This document shows positions 45,081 to 59,030 of a DNA stretch of 64,000 nt, piece by piece (within the stretch, counting starts at the first letter, position 1; each line of letters opens with the position of its first letter). A program made the position numbers and the translations under genes. Location of the stretch: assembly GCA_965153355.1 (NCBI GenBank), contig OZ231126.1:28396001-28460000 (forward strand), written 5' to 3'. The stretch comes from Flaccisagitta enflata (lineage: Eukaryota). The notes beneath the pieces were generated by a model. It made no database searches. It was given only the letters and a program-made list of their open reading frames with translations, and was not told the origin of the DNA.

Positions 45081-46076
45081 ATGGACTCTCCCAGCAATGA
45101 CACATGGCTCAATATCATTGAAGAGCCAAGCGTTTTGAACAATTGGAATTGCTCTAAATACCAAATCTTGGCCATCACATACGGAGATCCATGTTTAGCG
45201 TCGATGAGTTGCGTGGGACTCGTGTTCAACCTTCTCGTCATAATCGTCATTCGCAAGTCAATGGGGATCAATGATCAGCGAACTCAAGCGCAGATTCATC
45301 TCACGTCCCTGGCCTTCTCCGACATCGCTGTCCTCGTCGGTGCAAATTCGCTCGCAATTGTATGTTGGCAATACGACTTCTGCTCCCTCGGTAGTCAAGC
45401 GAAACACTGCAAGGCGCCTTTTGATGGCGCTTCGTTAATCCATCTTCTGTTTTACGCAGTGAATCGATCCTTGACCCTCTTCATATCTTTCGTACGATCC
45501 TGGTCTCTGATGAATGTTTCGAATGCCCTTCATAATCAAAACAAGTCGCAAGGTAGAATTTTGATAGAATTATGTGTCTTCACCTCTATCATTACAATCG
45601 TAAATATAGTCCTTATACTTTTTATAGTATCAACCTAATATATTTTACCCAAATGGTTCAAATGTCCTAGATACATTTCTTTCGCGTGGGGTGGCTTTTT
45701 CTACTCAACGCTGATGATCGTGATGGAATTCGTTTTAGCCGTTTTTGTTCTCGTAAAATTACGAATCCACCGGAAGTCGATTGATGGCAAAAAATCCAGC
45801 GCCAGCGAGGACGATTTTGAAAGATTAGTGGCGCTTGTGGCCCTAGTCTATTGTTGTAGCTGTCTCTTCACAATGATTGATTATGTCAACCGTTTACATG
45901 CCGATAATGAATTGGCGGCCCATGGATACCGATGGAAGTATTGGAATTTATTTTCTGTCATTTCCAATTCCAGCATCAATCTCATTATTTATCTTATTGC
46001 CTCTCGTAATTTTCGCGGGGCTGTTATCAGGTCGGGGATAAACCTCAAAGACGCATTGATTTCTTCAATAAATTGA
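45081..46076 (+). pseudogene. Rhodopsin-family (class A) GPCR, FMRFamide-receptor/srw-like; single coding exon, 331 codons, with in-frame TAA at 45636-45638
   Basis: ORFs 45051-45638 and 45714-46076 share a frame with only one stop between them. Seven hydrophobic segments; TM1 GLVFNLLVI, TM2 LTSLAFSD, TM3 end ISFVRSW, TM7 NSSINLIIY, helix 8 SRNFR; N-terminal sequons NDT and NCS. ACCATGG start at 45081 follows an acceptor at 45073. Confidence 0.8.
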
Positions 46077-47574
46077 CTCATCGAATTTTCATTCTTTCGG
46101 TGCTATGGGTTAGACTTAGAACAGATGGATGGACTTAGAATGGATGTTTGTTAAATTAGTTAGTGAGGGATATTGTTCCACTTGTCATTCTACTTCCTTG
46201 ATAACGCCCTTCTCAAATTTAGACGAACTGGGATCAGAGCTTATTCCTAAATGTCTTTTGAATAAGGTTCAAAATTTTTGATACAGGCTGGCGGTCTCCG
46301 TTTACAACAATTTAATCATGATCCTATATCTCGACTGTTACTAAAGACTCCTCCTTTATCAGCAAATTTTGACGCCTTGTTTACTTTCGGATCATGATGC
46401 TACCCGTACATGACACAGATAGGTTCTGGATTTTTAGAAGCGTGCATGCGACTCTATAAGCCGCTATGTCGGTAGGTCTGTTGGTTTGTCGGTGCCTCGG
46501 TTGGTCTGTCAGTTGGTCACCCATAGCTTTTTCGGCGTTTTTGTGTGGTTTTTCCATTACTGCTCCTGCCCAAATGCTTGGGTTAGCCTTTGGAATCACT
46601 GCACCTACCCACCCGCACGCGACTTCAGTAGCCGTGCATCCGGCCATATTTGATACGTCCTCGCATCTCTGTGAGATGGTATGTCCTTCCGTTGGTCGGT
46701 CCGTCGATATGTCCATTCATTAAAACAGTTTTTGCCCTTTTTTGGCGGCGGCGATGTCATGCCCCGATGGAAACGATCTTTAAAGTGTTTTGATGGACCC
46801 GTTTGATGGGCCTTTTCGCTATCTGCCCGTCCATCTGTCCATCTACATGTCACACACGTTCAGCGCAAATTTCACTGTACGAAATGACACAGTGAGGACG
46901 CATCGTTGCCCGATAGGGCTTGTTTCTCTACTAATAAATCTGATTACCAACGTTTTTTTATTTAAAGTTTCCATTTTTCCGAATAAGCGGCTTCATGTTG
47001 GTTCTAACATTTTTTCAAGTGAAAGTCTTCGTTTTTCCTAAAACTGCATGAGAAAAAAAGTAAGTGTGCAGAATTCTATGTATAATTGAAGAGCCAATAG
47101 CCAGTTAACGCCAGTACTGAGATTGAAACACATTCCGTTTTACTAATTTGTGTCCAAAATCCCTAACTAACGCCTTGATTTTAGTAATTAAGTACTAAAG
47201 GGTAGTTGGAAAAAAAGATTATGAGAAATGAGGCCGGTTATAGTGCCCCTCAATTCGCAGATGGTTGGGGCGGGAGAGTAATGCAATCGTTTGCTATCCA
47301 AAGATGTTACCGACAGACCAACGGAGCAACGGACATAGACACTAGACAGCATCTTAAGAATTCCGGACTAAAAGCGGAAAATGAACCTGGCTTTTTCTCC
47401 CTGGACACCACTCCTTTTCATGCAGCACTGTATCATATGTAGGTACACCCTAAGCGAAATCCCAAAAGTGACCAATGACCCAATTTTTCGCCATAAGCCC
47501 ATTGGAACTATCCCATAGAAGCCAAAAAAAGTTATAGAGCACATTCGGTTCAGGTAGACGCACGTAATTCCGTA

Positions 47575-48440
47575 AAATGCCGTAAAATACCGTAAAAATG
47601 GCATTTTTGCCAGTTTTTTTGGTCTAAAACCGTTGCTTTTGTCATATTATAGTCAAATATTGACGTTCTGGCACTATGACACATTCAAGCATATTTGCAG
47701 GCCAACCCGTCATCATTCAGCATATTTTTATGCCGTAAACTGCCGTCAAAATGGCATTTTTTACCGTTTTAAGGGGTTTTCTTGCTGTTGTAGATAGACA
47801 ACTACTCAAAAACTGCCAGAAAATGTGTACTTAGACCCGGGACACACACACTACAGAGTTTCAAAACATTGAGTTGGGTGTGAGTCTCATTTCATTGCCG
47901 TAAATGTTCGTAAAATGCCGTAAAAAGCTTTTATATTGGCATTTTTGACTGTTTTGTGACTACCAAACTGCTGCTTCTGTCAGAAAATGGTCAAACAATG
48001 ATAATCTGGCACTGAGACACCATCATGCACAAATTCATGTCAATCCGCCGTCATTCAGCATATTTCTATGCCGTAAACTGCCGTCAAAATGGCATTTTTG
48101 ACCATTTTTTGGGGTTTTTCTTCCTGATGTAGATGGGCAACTACTCAAAAATTGCCAGAAGATGTGTATTTGGACCCGGGACACACATACTACAGAGTTT
48201 CAAAACATTGAGTTGGGTTTGAGTCTCATTTCATTGCCGTAAATGTTCGTAAAATGCCGTAAAAAGCTTTTATATTGGCATTTATGACTGTTTTTTGACT
48301 ACCAAACCGCTGCTTCTGTCAGAAAATGGTCAAACAAGGATAATCTGGCACTGAGACACCATCATGCACAAATTCAAGTCAATCCGTCATCATTCAGAAT
48401 CATTTTTTGCCATAAAATTTTGTCAATATGGCACATTTGA
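47575..48440. repeat. ~338-bp tandem duplication, ~2.5 copies
   Basis: ACTACAGAGTTTCAAAACATTGAGTTGGG at 47851 and 48189; CCGTAAACTGCCGTCAAAATGGC at 47733 and 48071. Confidence 0.85.
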
Positions 48441-48455
48441 TCATTTATTGGTTTT

Positions 48456-48879
48456 TGGGCAGCGGCCCCGAAGGGGACAAAGTCCTGTAGAACACAGGGG
48501 GACTTTCGTTCGTCCATTCGTTCGTCCGTCAGTTCGTCCGTCCCCCCCAGGCCCTCTCAAGCCTGAAATCTGCCCTCTCAGGCCTGAAATCTACCCTCTC
48601 AGACCTGAAATCTGCCCTCTCCAGCCTGAAATCTGCCCTCTCAGGCCTTGGATCTGCCCTCTCTTCTGAAATCTGCCCTCTCAGGCCTGAAATTTGTCCT
48701 CTCAAGCTCTGCTCTCACAGATTCAAGGCCTGAGAGGGCAGATTTCAGCTCTGAGAGGGCAAATTTCAGGCCTAAGAGAGCCTGGGGGAAATGGAGGGAT
48801 GGACGGACGGATGGACGGACGGATGAATGAAAGTCCCCTTGTGTTCTACAGGACTTCCTCCTCTTTGGGGCCGCTGCCC
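48456..48879. mobile_element. Third copy of the inverted-end / 21-bp-array element
   Basis: Same termini; CCTGAAATCTGCCCTCTCAGG array followed by its inverse. Confidence 0.72.
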
Positions 48880-50694
48880 TGCTTTCTCTCAAACGGAACA
48901 ACGGATGGACCATCCGACGGAGCAGATGTAGATGCATAAGGCTGCAAATGTCATTCTAAATCCCAAATATTGTATAGAAGTGATTGATTAAGTATAATTC
49001 AAACAATAAAATGAACAAGGTTGAAAATTTTTAGTCATGTGCTACGTGACTCTACACCCCGCTTTGTCGGTCCGTCCGTTGGTCCGTCCATCCGTCAGTC
49101 TGTCCAACCGTCCATCACACTTTACTTTTTTTGGGTTTTTGCGGTCTTTGACCTCACTGCTCCTGGCCAAATCATCAAGTGACATCAAATACGGCCCCTG
49201 CCCACCAATGCCTTGCGGGACCCCTTGGGCAGGGTCGGCCGGTCCCTCGGCACGGTAGGGCTGAATACCGGAAGTCGGGAGCTTGGTATGGGCAGGGGCA
49301 TTACCGGGGCTCGGTATTGGGCCTCGGTACCAGGTAATGGTACCAAAATCTATCAAGAATATAAGTCATATTCTATCTATGTTGCTCAAAACTCAACTCA
49401 AAACTCAACTCAAAAACGAGAAAAAGAGAAACACATGAGAGTTGAAATGGGATAAATGCAGAATATGCTGCAAACTCATTGCAAATTATTTTGTAGGGCT
49501 GTATGGCATTCATTTTCTATTCGTCCTCATATTCAAATTGCGCAAAAATATAGTCCTCCATGTTAAGTTGATGCAGAGAAAGATCTTAGCATATTTGAAC
49601 GTTTCATGAAATCAAAGAATGCCAATGACAAAAGTAACTTTTAATCATCAGGTTTGAATGAATTCTGATTTATTTCATGTACTTTCATTTTCAAGACTGA
49701 CATGACATACACAAATAGAGAAATGGGGAATTGTTTAGCAAAAGTCATGGAGCCTTTTCAGAGCGCAAAAACTATAAATTTTACATGGGAGGGAAAGACT
49801 CGATGTTTCGATGTTTATTTGTCAATGATCGGAATTGAAGACAATCCCTCAAGCGTGATACCTGGTTATTCCATGCCATTTATGCTCTTCGAGTTTTTCC
49901 TTTGTTGTGAGAGAGAGAGAGAGAGAGAGAGAGAGGGTGAGAAAGACGACTGACTTATTTCAGCATTTGTTTTATGATAATTCTGAAGTTCTCCAGTTAA
50001 CTATGTAGGAGAATAATTGATCATTTTTGTTTATTTTTTTTCATCAGAATACATATAAAGTTGAAAGAAGTAAAAACTAGAGAGTGAAAAAATTGAAAAA
50101 TAGCAAGTCTAAAAAAATTATATACCAAAACAATTGGTGAAATTGATTACAAAAAATGAATATGAAATGAAAAAAATTGAAAGGTGAAAACAAGAAAAAA
50201 AGTGTAAAGTAAAAAATCAAAATACAACAAAATGAAATAAAAAAAAGTGAAAGATTTTGAAAAGTGAAAGATTTAAAAGTAAAAGATTTAAAAAAATGAA
50301 AGATTTAGAAAAATGAAAAATTTAATCAAAGTACTTAAATTTTTTTCCTTCATTTATAAATTTTTTTCTTTATTTATAAATTTTTAACCTTTATTTGTAA
50401 AATGATCCCAGAACATCCACCATGAATCTAAAAAAAAATGTCTGAAGAAACAATATTTTCACCACCACCACCAAAAAACGGGAGGGGTACTAGGTGGTGG
50501 TGGAATAAAAGGAAGTGGTGGTGGAGGAGGAGGAAGAGCACAGGTTCGGGATATTCATCAGGTCCCGGGATTTCGGGACAAGTTGATGTCCCGGCATGTC
50601 GGGAGCTCGGGACCTAAGTCCCGCCAGGCACTGCTGCCCACCCGCAGGCAACTGGGGTAGCCGTGTATCCAGCCTTGTTTGATTCGACCCACCT

Positions 50695-51360
50695 GTTTTT
50701 GGCCTGTTATGGCCCTGGTATGAGTGTTTAATGGTCCAAATGAGTATATTTTTCCTAGTTCTGAGTGGTTTGAGTGAGATTGGCTAAAAGATTCCAAATA
50801 ACAACGATCAGAGTGAAGAAAATGCCAATTTTCGCCATTTTAGGCCATTTTTGGCCTGATTTTGGCCTGCTATGGCCCTGATATATAGGTTGAAGGGTCC
50901 AAATGAGTATATTTTTCTTAATTCTGTGTAGAATGAGTAAGACTGGCAAAAATAATCCGAATAACAACGATCAGCTTGGAGAAAGTGCTGATTTTGGCCA
51001 TTTTTGGCCGTTTTTGGCCTGTTTTTGGCCTGTTATGGCCCGGAGATAAGTGTTTAATGGTTCAAATGAGTATATTTTTCCTGGTTCTGAGTGGTTTGAG
51101 TGAGATTGTCAAAAAAATTCCAAATAACAACGATCAATTTGAAGAAAATGCAATTTTTTGCAATTTTAGGCCGTTTTTGGCCTGTTTTTGGCCTGTTTTG
51201 GCCCCGGTGTAAGTCTTCAAAGGTCCTAATGAGTATGTTTTTCCTAGTTCTAAGTGGAATGAGTGATATTGGCAAAAAAATTCCAAATAACAACCATCAG
51301 CTTGAAGAAAATGCTGATTTGAGCCATTTTTGGCCATTTTTGGCCATTTTTGGCCAAAAA
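50695..51360. repeat. ~163-bp tandem repeat (~4 copies), probably part of an AT-rich DNA transposon remnant running to ~52380
   Basis: AATAACAACGATCA-like anchor at ~50797, 50960, 51123, 51286. Confidence 0.8.
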
Positions 51361-52979
51361 TGGCTCAAAATGGCCAGAAATTGACTTCAAATCTCGACAA
51401 ATGTGCAAATCAATTGTTTTTGATGTAATTGAATCTCTTTGAAGGGGTCTGAACCCTGAAATTTCAGATTTTCAAATTTTGACCAATTTTGCCCATTTTT
51501 CATCAAAAATTAGGCCACTTCTAGGCACTTTGCACACGTTTCACTCACATCTAAACTATAGCAAATGATTTCAAAGGTCAAAATCAACCTGTATGCAACT
51601 TTTCAGCTTAATTTAAGAATTTTTGACCAGTTTATACCCTTTTTTCAAAATTCTTGTTGGTAGGGTAGTTGGGCCGGTCTGCAAATTGACTGCAAAATTT
51701 GGATCCAAAACATCAAACATAATGTAAAGACATAGTCTCCTGCTAAAAATTGACATTCTCACTTAATTTTGTTAAGAGATAAATTGATCTGTTTTTTATC
51801 GAAAAATGACATTTTTTACATTTTGCCAAATATGGTCAAAAATGGCTGAAGTTCCACCAGGTTCCTCAAAAATTGACACTGGTCCCTAATTGTACACTCT
51901 TAGGGCTACCAAATTCTGGAAAAAAAATGCTGGGACTTTCTGGGGCTATATGACTTTGAGAACTACTTTTTGCTCATTTTTCATAAAAAAAAATCAAAAA
52001 TTAAGATTCTTTGATTTTCCCCCCAAAATTTTAAACCCAGGTCAAATTTTTTTTCCTGATGTCAGTAGAGGTGCTCAATACCTAACCAGCAAAAAAATCC
52101 GCATATCAAAAATCCAATTTTTGGAGCCGAAATGACTGTTTTTTCACCCGCATGTCATTGCAAAAAGGAGACAGTTTTTGACACAAAAATGTCATCGATT
52201 TTTGACTTTGAGAAGCTCGTGACGCCGCTGTAGCTCTAAAATAGGTCTAAAAAAGTTGGTTTGGTCTTAGTTTATGTTTTTCCTCGCCTTCTAGACCAGT
52301 GTTGATGCCCATTTCTCAAAATCAATTTTTGACCCCCCAAAGTTGGCCCTGTGTTCACTTTTCGTAGAGATACGGCACAGTGTGCAGAAACGTCGACGAA
52401 ACCAAGCAATTTTTGGTCGCTTGTTCGCTGTTTTAGAACACCTTTCGTTTGATGGTAAGTCTTTAGGGCCGGATTTACGGGCACCCCCTGGCAGCGTGCG
52501 GTAGGGTTGGGGCAATTGGGCGGGAACGATTATGCTCAAAGAGGTCAAAAATGCATAAAAAGTTAGTGTAACTGGCATGGCAGGCAATCAGACCGACCAA
52601 CTGACGGACCGGATGGTCAGCGGTATTCGATGCCCCTCAGTTATTGCATGTGTTAATGAGTTGGTGAGAGGGCAGCGCCTCAAGAGGGGTTAGTGACCTG
52701 TGGTTGGGAATTACTTTTGGGGTAAGACAATGGCTCATGGGCTGCAATCTGAACCACAACACTAGGATTTGCGTTTCCATGCTAAGATTTTGACCTTGAA
52801 GACTAGGCATAGGGCCTTGAGGCTAGGATTTAAGCCCCTAGTCTGTGATTTGAGCCTCAGTACTAGAATATGGGCCTGAAGACGGGGATTTGGGCCTTTG
52901 AGAGGGGGGGGCGAAGGAGAAGAAGAGAAGGAGAAAATTCCTCATATGAAAAAGCATAGGTCCCTTTTGGTGTCATATA

Positions 52980-55133
52980 CAGTGTGTTTCACATCAAATT
53001 ACACCACACCCCCCTCTGGATAGCCCCCCAAAGAAAAACCAAAAAACCCATTCTGGGGACCCCAAGATTTATCATCTAAGATGTCATGGCTACACAAAAC
53101 AACATCAGACTAAATCATTTGAAGGCAAAATTTGGGAAAAAGTCACTTTTTATGCAAAAATCAAGCATTTTTTGCCATATTTGGCACTTTCATAGTTAAT
53201 ACAGCTTCCAAAACTTTTAAAAAAATCTAAAAAGTGTAAGATTAGCTAATTTGTAACTAGTTTTACCTTTTCAAGCTAGTTTTGATGGATATTTCAAAGA
53301 TTAGAGCAAAAAAAAATCACTTAAAACCAGAAAATCGAGTTTTTATCTGCATTCTTTTGCCTAAAATCATTCCAGCTACATCAATAAGCCTGTAAACTAT
53401 AAAAAGTGTGTGGGAACAGTTGAAACTCATATGGTTTTACCATTTTAAGTTAGTTTGAAGAAATATTTAATTTTTAAAAGCTAAAAAAAATGACTTAAAA
53501 ACAGTAAATTTAAGCTTTTTTTAGTATTTTTAAACTGAAATGATATCAATACTTCCAAACTATTTCATGCAAGTAAAATATATATATTACATACAGTAAA
53601 GTACATAAACATACATCTCACCTTTACATATATTCTTATGTATATGTCACTATTCTGTATTTTTAAATATATTTGAAATCAGATTAAATCTTCAAAATAC
53701 TAAAATATTTTATTTCATTAGGGTTTTTTTTTTCATTTTTAAATTTTTTAGTGATATCTCTTTTAAACATTTTACCCTCCTGAAGAGCCGAAAAAATTCT
53801 TGTTTTTACTTTTGGGGCCATGCAGAGAGGGGTGTAGGGATGACCGACATAGTAGCATACCTGGGTGCGCACAGGCAATCAAACGCCTCTGCTTTGATAT
53901 AAGCTGAAACCACCGATGAATTTTGATATCGTACTATACTCTAAGAAAGACTGTGTAATTTACAACATCAGTGTTTCGCCCAAGATCAACTAAGACGCCT
54001 GATTTCCACAGATTTTTTTTTCACTTATAAAGTAACAAAGGTTTTCAATTCAAAATTTGAGAAGCATTCAAACGAAAAATTTCATCAATACAAAAATATA
54101 TTTTATCAAATTCTATGAAAAATATAGATTAATGAAAGATTTTTTTTTCTTCAAACTAACTTAAAATGATAAAACCATATGTATTTCAACTGTTCCCACA
54201 CACTTTTTATAGTTTACAGGCTTATTGATGTAGCTTGAATGATTTCAAGCAAAAGAATACTGAAAAAAGCTCGATTTTCTAGTTTGAAGTGATTTTTTTT
54301 GCTCTAATCTTTGAAATATCCATCCAAACTAGCTTGAAAAGGTAAAACCAGTTACACATTAGCTATTCTTACACTTTTTAGATATTTTCTATAGTTTTGG
54401 AAGCTGTATGAACCGTGAAAGTGCCAAATATGGCAAAAAATGCTTGATTTTTGCATGAAAAGTGACTTTTTCCCAAATTTTGCCTTCAAATGATTTAGTC
54501 TGATGTTGTTTTGTATAGCCAAGACATCCTAGATGATAGTTTTTGGGGTCCCCAGAATGGGTTTTTTGGTTTTTCTTTGGGGGGCTATCCAGAGGGGGGT
54601 GACCAAAGAAAACGTTGCCATTTTACTTTGAAACAGGGTAGATCAATTCTGAAAAAAGTTTCATGCAGAAAAATTGTTCCAATTTTTTGTCCCCAAATTT
54701 CATAGAGCTGAGTTGAGAACTCTGTTCTCTACATCAATTCATAATAATCTTTAGATTTTGGAGGGACAAAAAATGGTGAAAAACACTCATTTCTTGATAT
54801 TAACAGAGAAACATTGAATCAATGCTAGTAAAATTCTGTTTATTTATTTTTATCAAATTATATGATCTAAACTATCAAATGAAAAAAAAAGTATAAAAAC
54901 AAAAAAAATTGTTTAGAAATAATCAATTTCAATATTTTTTTCATTATTGGACTGAAAATTGACTGTAATTCAAATTGGGTTAGTGGTCAAAATTTTCCGC
55001 CCAGGTCTATGAAATTTTTCTATAAAAAATTGGAACTATTTTTCTACAAAATTCTTTTTTCAGAATTGATTTATGATAAGTCAAAATCAAATGGCAACGT
55101 TTTCTTTCGTGTAATTTGATGTGAAACACCCTG
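52980..55133. mobile_element. Tc1/mariner-type MITE (~555 bp when empty) whose left TIR is split by a nested element
   Basis: TA-CAGTGTGTTTCACATCAAATTACAC ... GTGTAATTTGATGTGAAACACCCTG-TA; left TIR resumes at ~54606. Confidence 0.85.
53007..54601. mobile_element. 1.6-kb non-autonomous DNA transposon with ~455-bp TIRs, CAC...GTG ends and 4-bp TSD (Chapaev/CMC-like)
   Basis: CACCCCCCTCTGGATAGCCCCCCAAAGAAAAACC mirrored at 54601; ACCA on both flanks. Confidence 0.85.
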
Positions 55134-56052
55134 TAGTAATGAATTATTGGTATATGGTAATGAAAAAAGCTCTTTAAAATGTCCATTTCGCCATCATGAT
55201 TGACCATGATTAATCAGTTTCTTTTCTTTTCGAAGGTTACTGTATTTGGGTTATCTGTGGGTAAAGGAGGTAGCCTTGAACATGTAACTTCGACATGATG
55301 TGCATAGTTGTCTTTATTGCTATTTAGTTGAGCCGATTGATCCGACGATCTCACGATGAAGTCCTCGCCCTCAACCATGTCCAACGGATTCACCTCAACA
55401 ATGGCCTCTCCTGACAACGACCTATTGGACAACATCACAGAGGCCACCCTGATTTTATTCTTTTTAGATTTGGAATTACAATGATCTACGATCGTTTCTT
55501 TCCTTTTCTCCAGAATTTTCGTTTATGACCTCATGAATGGCCATATCGCTCATTTCTTCATTGAGTTTTTAGGGCTGGATTGATTTTTAAGCTGCTACGT
55601 CATTCTTTCGTATAGCAGAGCCACTCCCTCCTTTGGTGATGATTAAATATGTTACGTCAGTCCTTTGTTCACTTTTTTGCAAACATAGAAGTGCTATATC
55701 TAAGTGAGCTTTCGCACCTCAATAACCGGTCTTGTTTGTCCGTTGGTTAAACGGTCAGTCAGTTGGTCCGTCACGCAAGCGTTTGACAATCCACACAACG
55801 CACCTATTGGCCTACATGGCCTTGACGATATTTGAGAGTGTTGTTGTCATCCTTAACTACCGATTTCAATCGGCGTATTTTTAGATACGTCCTCACTCCT
55901 CTATGACATGTCCGTTTGTTGGTTGGTTGGTCAGTTGGTCTCAAAAACATCCAACTCCCCAAATCTGAGGTTCTGTCAACAGAAAAGCAGTCAGCCTCTT
56001 AATTCTTTCGTACATTTGATCATTCTTTCAATCATTCAAGCATTAGCTTATC

Positions 56053-56287
56053 CATTCATTCATTCATTAGTTCATTCATTAGTTCATTCATTAGTTCATT
56101 CATTAGTTCATTCATTAGTTCATTCATTAGTTCATTCATTAGTTCATTCATTCGTTTATTCATTAGTTCATTCATTCGTTCATTCATTCGTTCATTCATT
56201 CATTCGTTCATTCATTCATTCATTCATTCATTCATTCATTCATTCATTCATTCATTCATTCATTCATTCATTCATTCATTCATTCAT
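56053..56287 (+). repeat. (TTCA)n and 12-bp derivative tract
   Basis: Seen directly; a (GAAT)n equivalent lies at 2922-3000. Confidence 0.9.
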
Positions 56288-56731
56288 AGAATCGTTTATT
56301 CATAAGAAACGTTCTTAAAATGAAAAAAAGGGTTTTAAAGAAAAAAAGAATATTTTTCCGTTTTATTTTCGGTTTTCTCAAATCTCGATAAGCATAAGCT
56401 GTAACATGTGATTTTTCATAAACGAAAATTCATATATGACGCCAGGCATATGACTACCGTTGTAAGGTGCCGCGCAGCGGAAGTTGTAACGGCTCCTTCC
56501 TTATAGCATGCTCAAGTTTTCTTGCTATCTGCTCAAGAAACCAACAACATTATATTTCAGTTAATTATTCCCGCTATAAGCTAATGTTGATGCACCCGCT
56601 GTGCTTGGATAAGAAATGGTGGTAAGCGCGACTTGTTTTTCCTCCCTTCTTTTCTCTTCCTTTTCTTTTTCCTCCCTTCCTCTCATTTTATCAAGCTCGC
56701 CATAACTGGAATGAAGTCTTCTCCTAGCGCG

Positions 56732-56841
<110 letters not shown>

Positions 56842-57137
56842 CATAAATAAGGCCGGATACACGGCAATACAGTCGCGGATGGTTGGGCAGGAGCAATAGT
56901 GCGAAAACTGCTCAGAATTTAGAAATGTTAAGGAACGGACCAACCGACGGACCGACTGACCAACCGACACGGCAAGGTGTAGAGTCGCGTGTCCGCGACT
57001 AAAAATCAACCGACCAACAGATCTGCGGACATCCATGTGGCACACGAGTAAAAATACAAAGAGCTCGCTAGCTGACGTGATAGTCTGCATTGACGAGTAG
57101 TCCACACTTGATTCTTTACAGAGCTCACGCACGCACG

Positions 57138-57295
<158 letters not shown>

Positions 57296-58559
57296 AATTC
57301 GTGCTTCAGTGAAATGTGAAAAAATAATTTTGATAATTCTTTGTGTGAAACACTGTCTTAGAATGTCTTTTCAACACATAGAAAAATTCATCGCCATTCA
57401 TCTATAAAGTGGCTAAAATCCCATTATCTTATGATCCTAGGTTTTCTGAGATTTGAAGGGTCAATAGAACAAGGTCATTAGACCTAAGTCGCGTGCGTCT
57501 GCACTTTCAAAAAAAGTCACACAGACAGACAGACAAACGACTTTTTTTCAAAAAGAAATTAGAAATGGCAGTTTACTTCTCAAAGGTTCTTTTCTACTAT
57601 TGAGAGACATAAAAAACACAATAAAAAGCCTTTAAAACCTTATCACAAGGGACCGACAGACCAACAGATGGACCGATGGACCAAAAAGTGGCTTATGACA
57701 TGGAGCAAGACCGCAAAGAATTTGCCTTTCAATAAGGTCAAAAAATTTGCGTGTAATTTAATGATTTTTGAAAACAGTTTCTGTAAGTATATTATTTCTT
57801 GATTAGAAAATCTATTTCGATAAGCTAGATATTAATGATTTTACATTTTTTTGTTTAAATTATTAATTTTTTTCATTTCACACATAATTTTCAGTACTTT
57901 AAGCGCTCGGATTTGGATGAAATTTCATATGGAGATAGGAGATATGGAGATCATGGGAAGTACCTCCAGTAAAAATTTTGTCTAAATCGGTTAATTTCTA
58001 AGGGGGTAAAGACATTTTATTTCTTTTAAAAAATCGCAAAAAGAACGTTTTTTTTTCCAAATTTAGTTACCTGAAAATTTTCAGAATTTTTTTACGTACA
58101 GCTTGATTAAAGTGTATTTCATGTGCATAAGAAATTTCAAGGCTCTCTTCCAAATTTAAGATGGGTTTTAGGGCCAAAAACAGTCAAAATTGGCTTATTA
58201 TGGCCGTTTTAGGTACTTTTTAATTTTTTGTTGAGAGACTCATACGCATACCTGAAGCAAGCCTGCATTAATATTTTCCAAAGTAAAACACACAGTTTAA
58301 GATCCAACCTGATGGGGGTCCCTAAACTCACCCTTTTTATGAAGCCCTACAGATCCTTATTCCTTCAACGGTGATATTAATTTAATCAAAAAAGTCTGGA
58401 AATATTAGCTACAAAAAGGAAAATTATGTTATTCAACATTTTTTTATTAGTTTGAAATATATTAGCTAATCAAAAAAAAACAAGGCCAACACCTATAAGT
58501 CGCGTGCGAGACTTACTTACATAATCGCCTAATTATATAAGTACGTTATTTCCTGTAAT

Positions 58560-59030
58560 GATGATAATGACTATAATTACCTATTGACCTATAATTGCCT
58601 ATAATGACCTATGATTACCTATAATCACCCATAATCTAATAATGACCTATAAGTACCTATAAAGACCTATGATTACCTATAATTACATATGGATCAATAA
58701 TTACCTATAATGATGTATGATTACCCATATTTACCCACAATTACCTATAATAACATTATGTCCTATAATTACCTATAATGACCTATGATTACCTATAATT
58801 ACCTATGATTAAATAATGACCTATAAGTACCTATAAAGACCTATGATTACCTATAATTACATATGGACCAATAATTACCTATAATGACCTATAATTACCC
58901 ACAATTACACATAATTACCTTTAATAACATAATGACCTATAATGACCTATGATTAGCTACAATTGTCTATTGACGTATAATTACTTATAATGACCTATGA
59001 TTACCTATAATTACCTATAATTACATAAAA
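58560..59030. repeat. Short-period (ATTACCTATA-like) satellite tract
   Basis: Seen directly. Confidence 0.85.
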
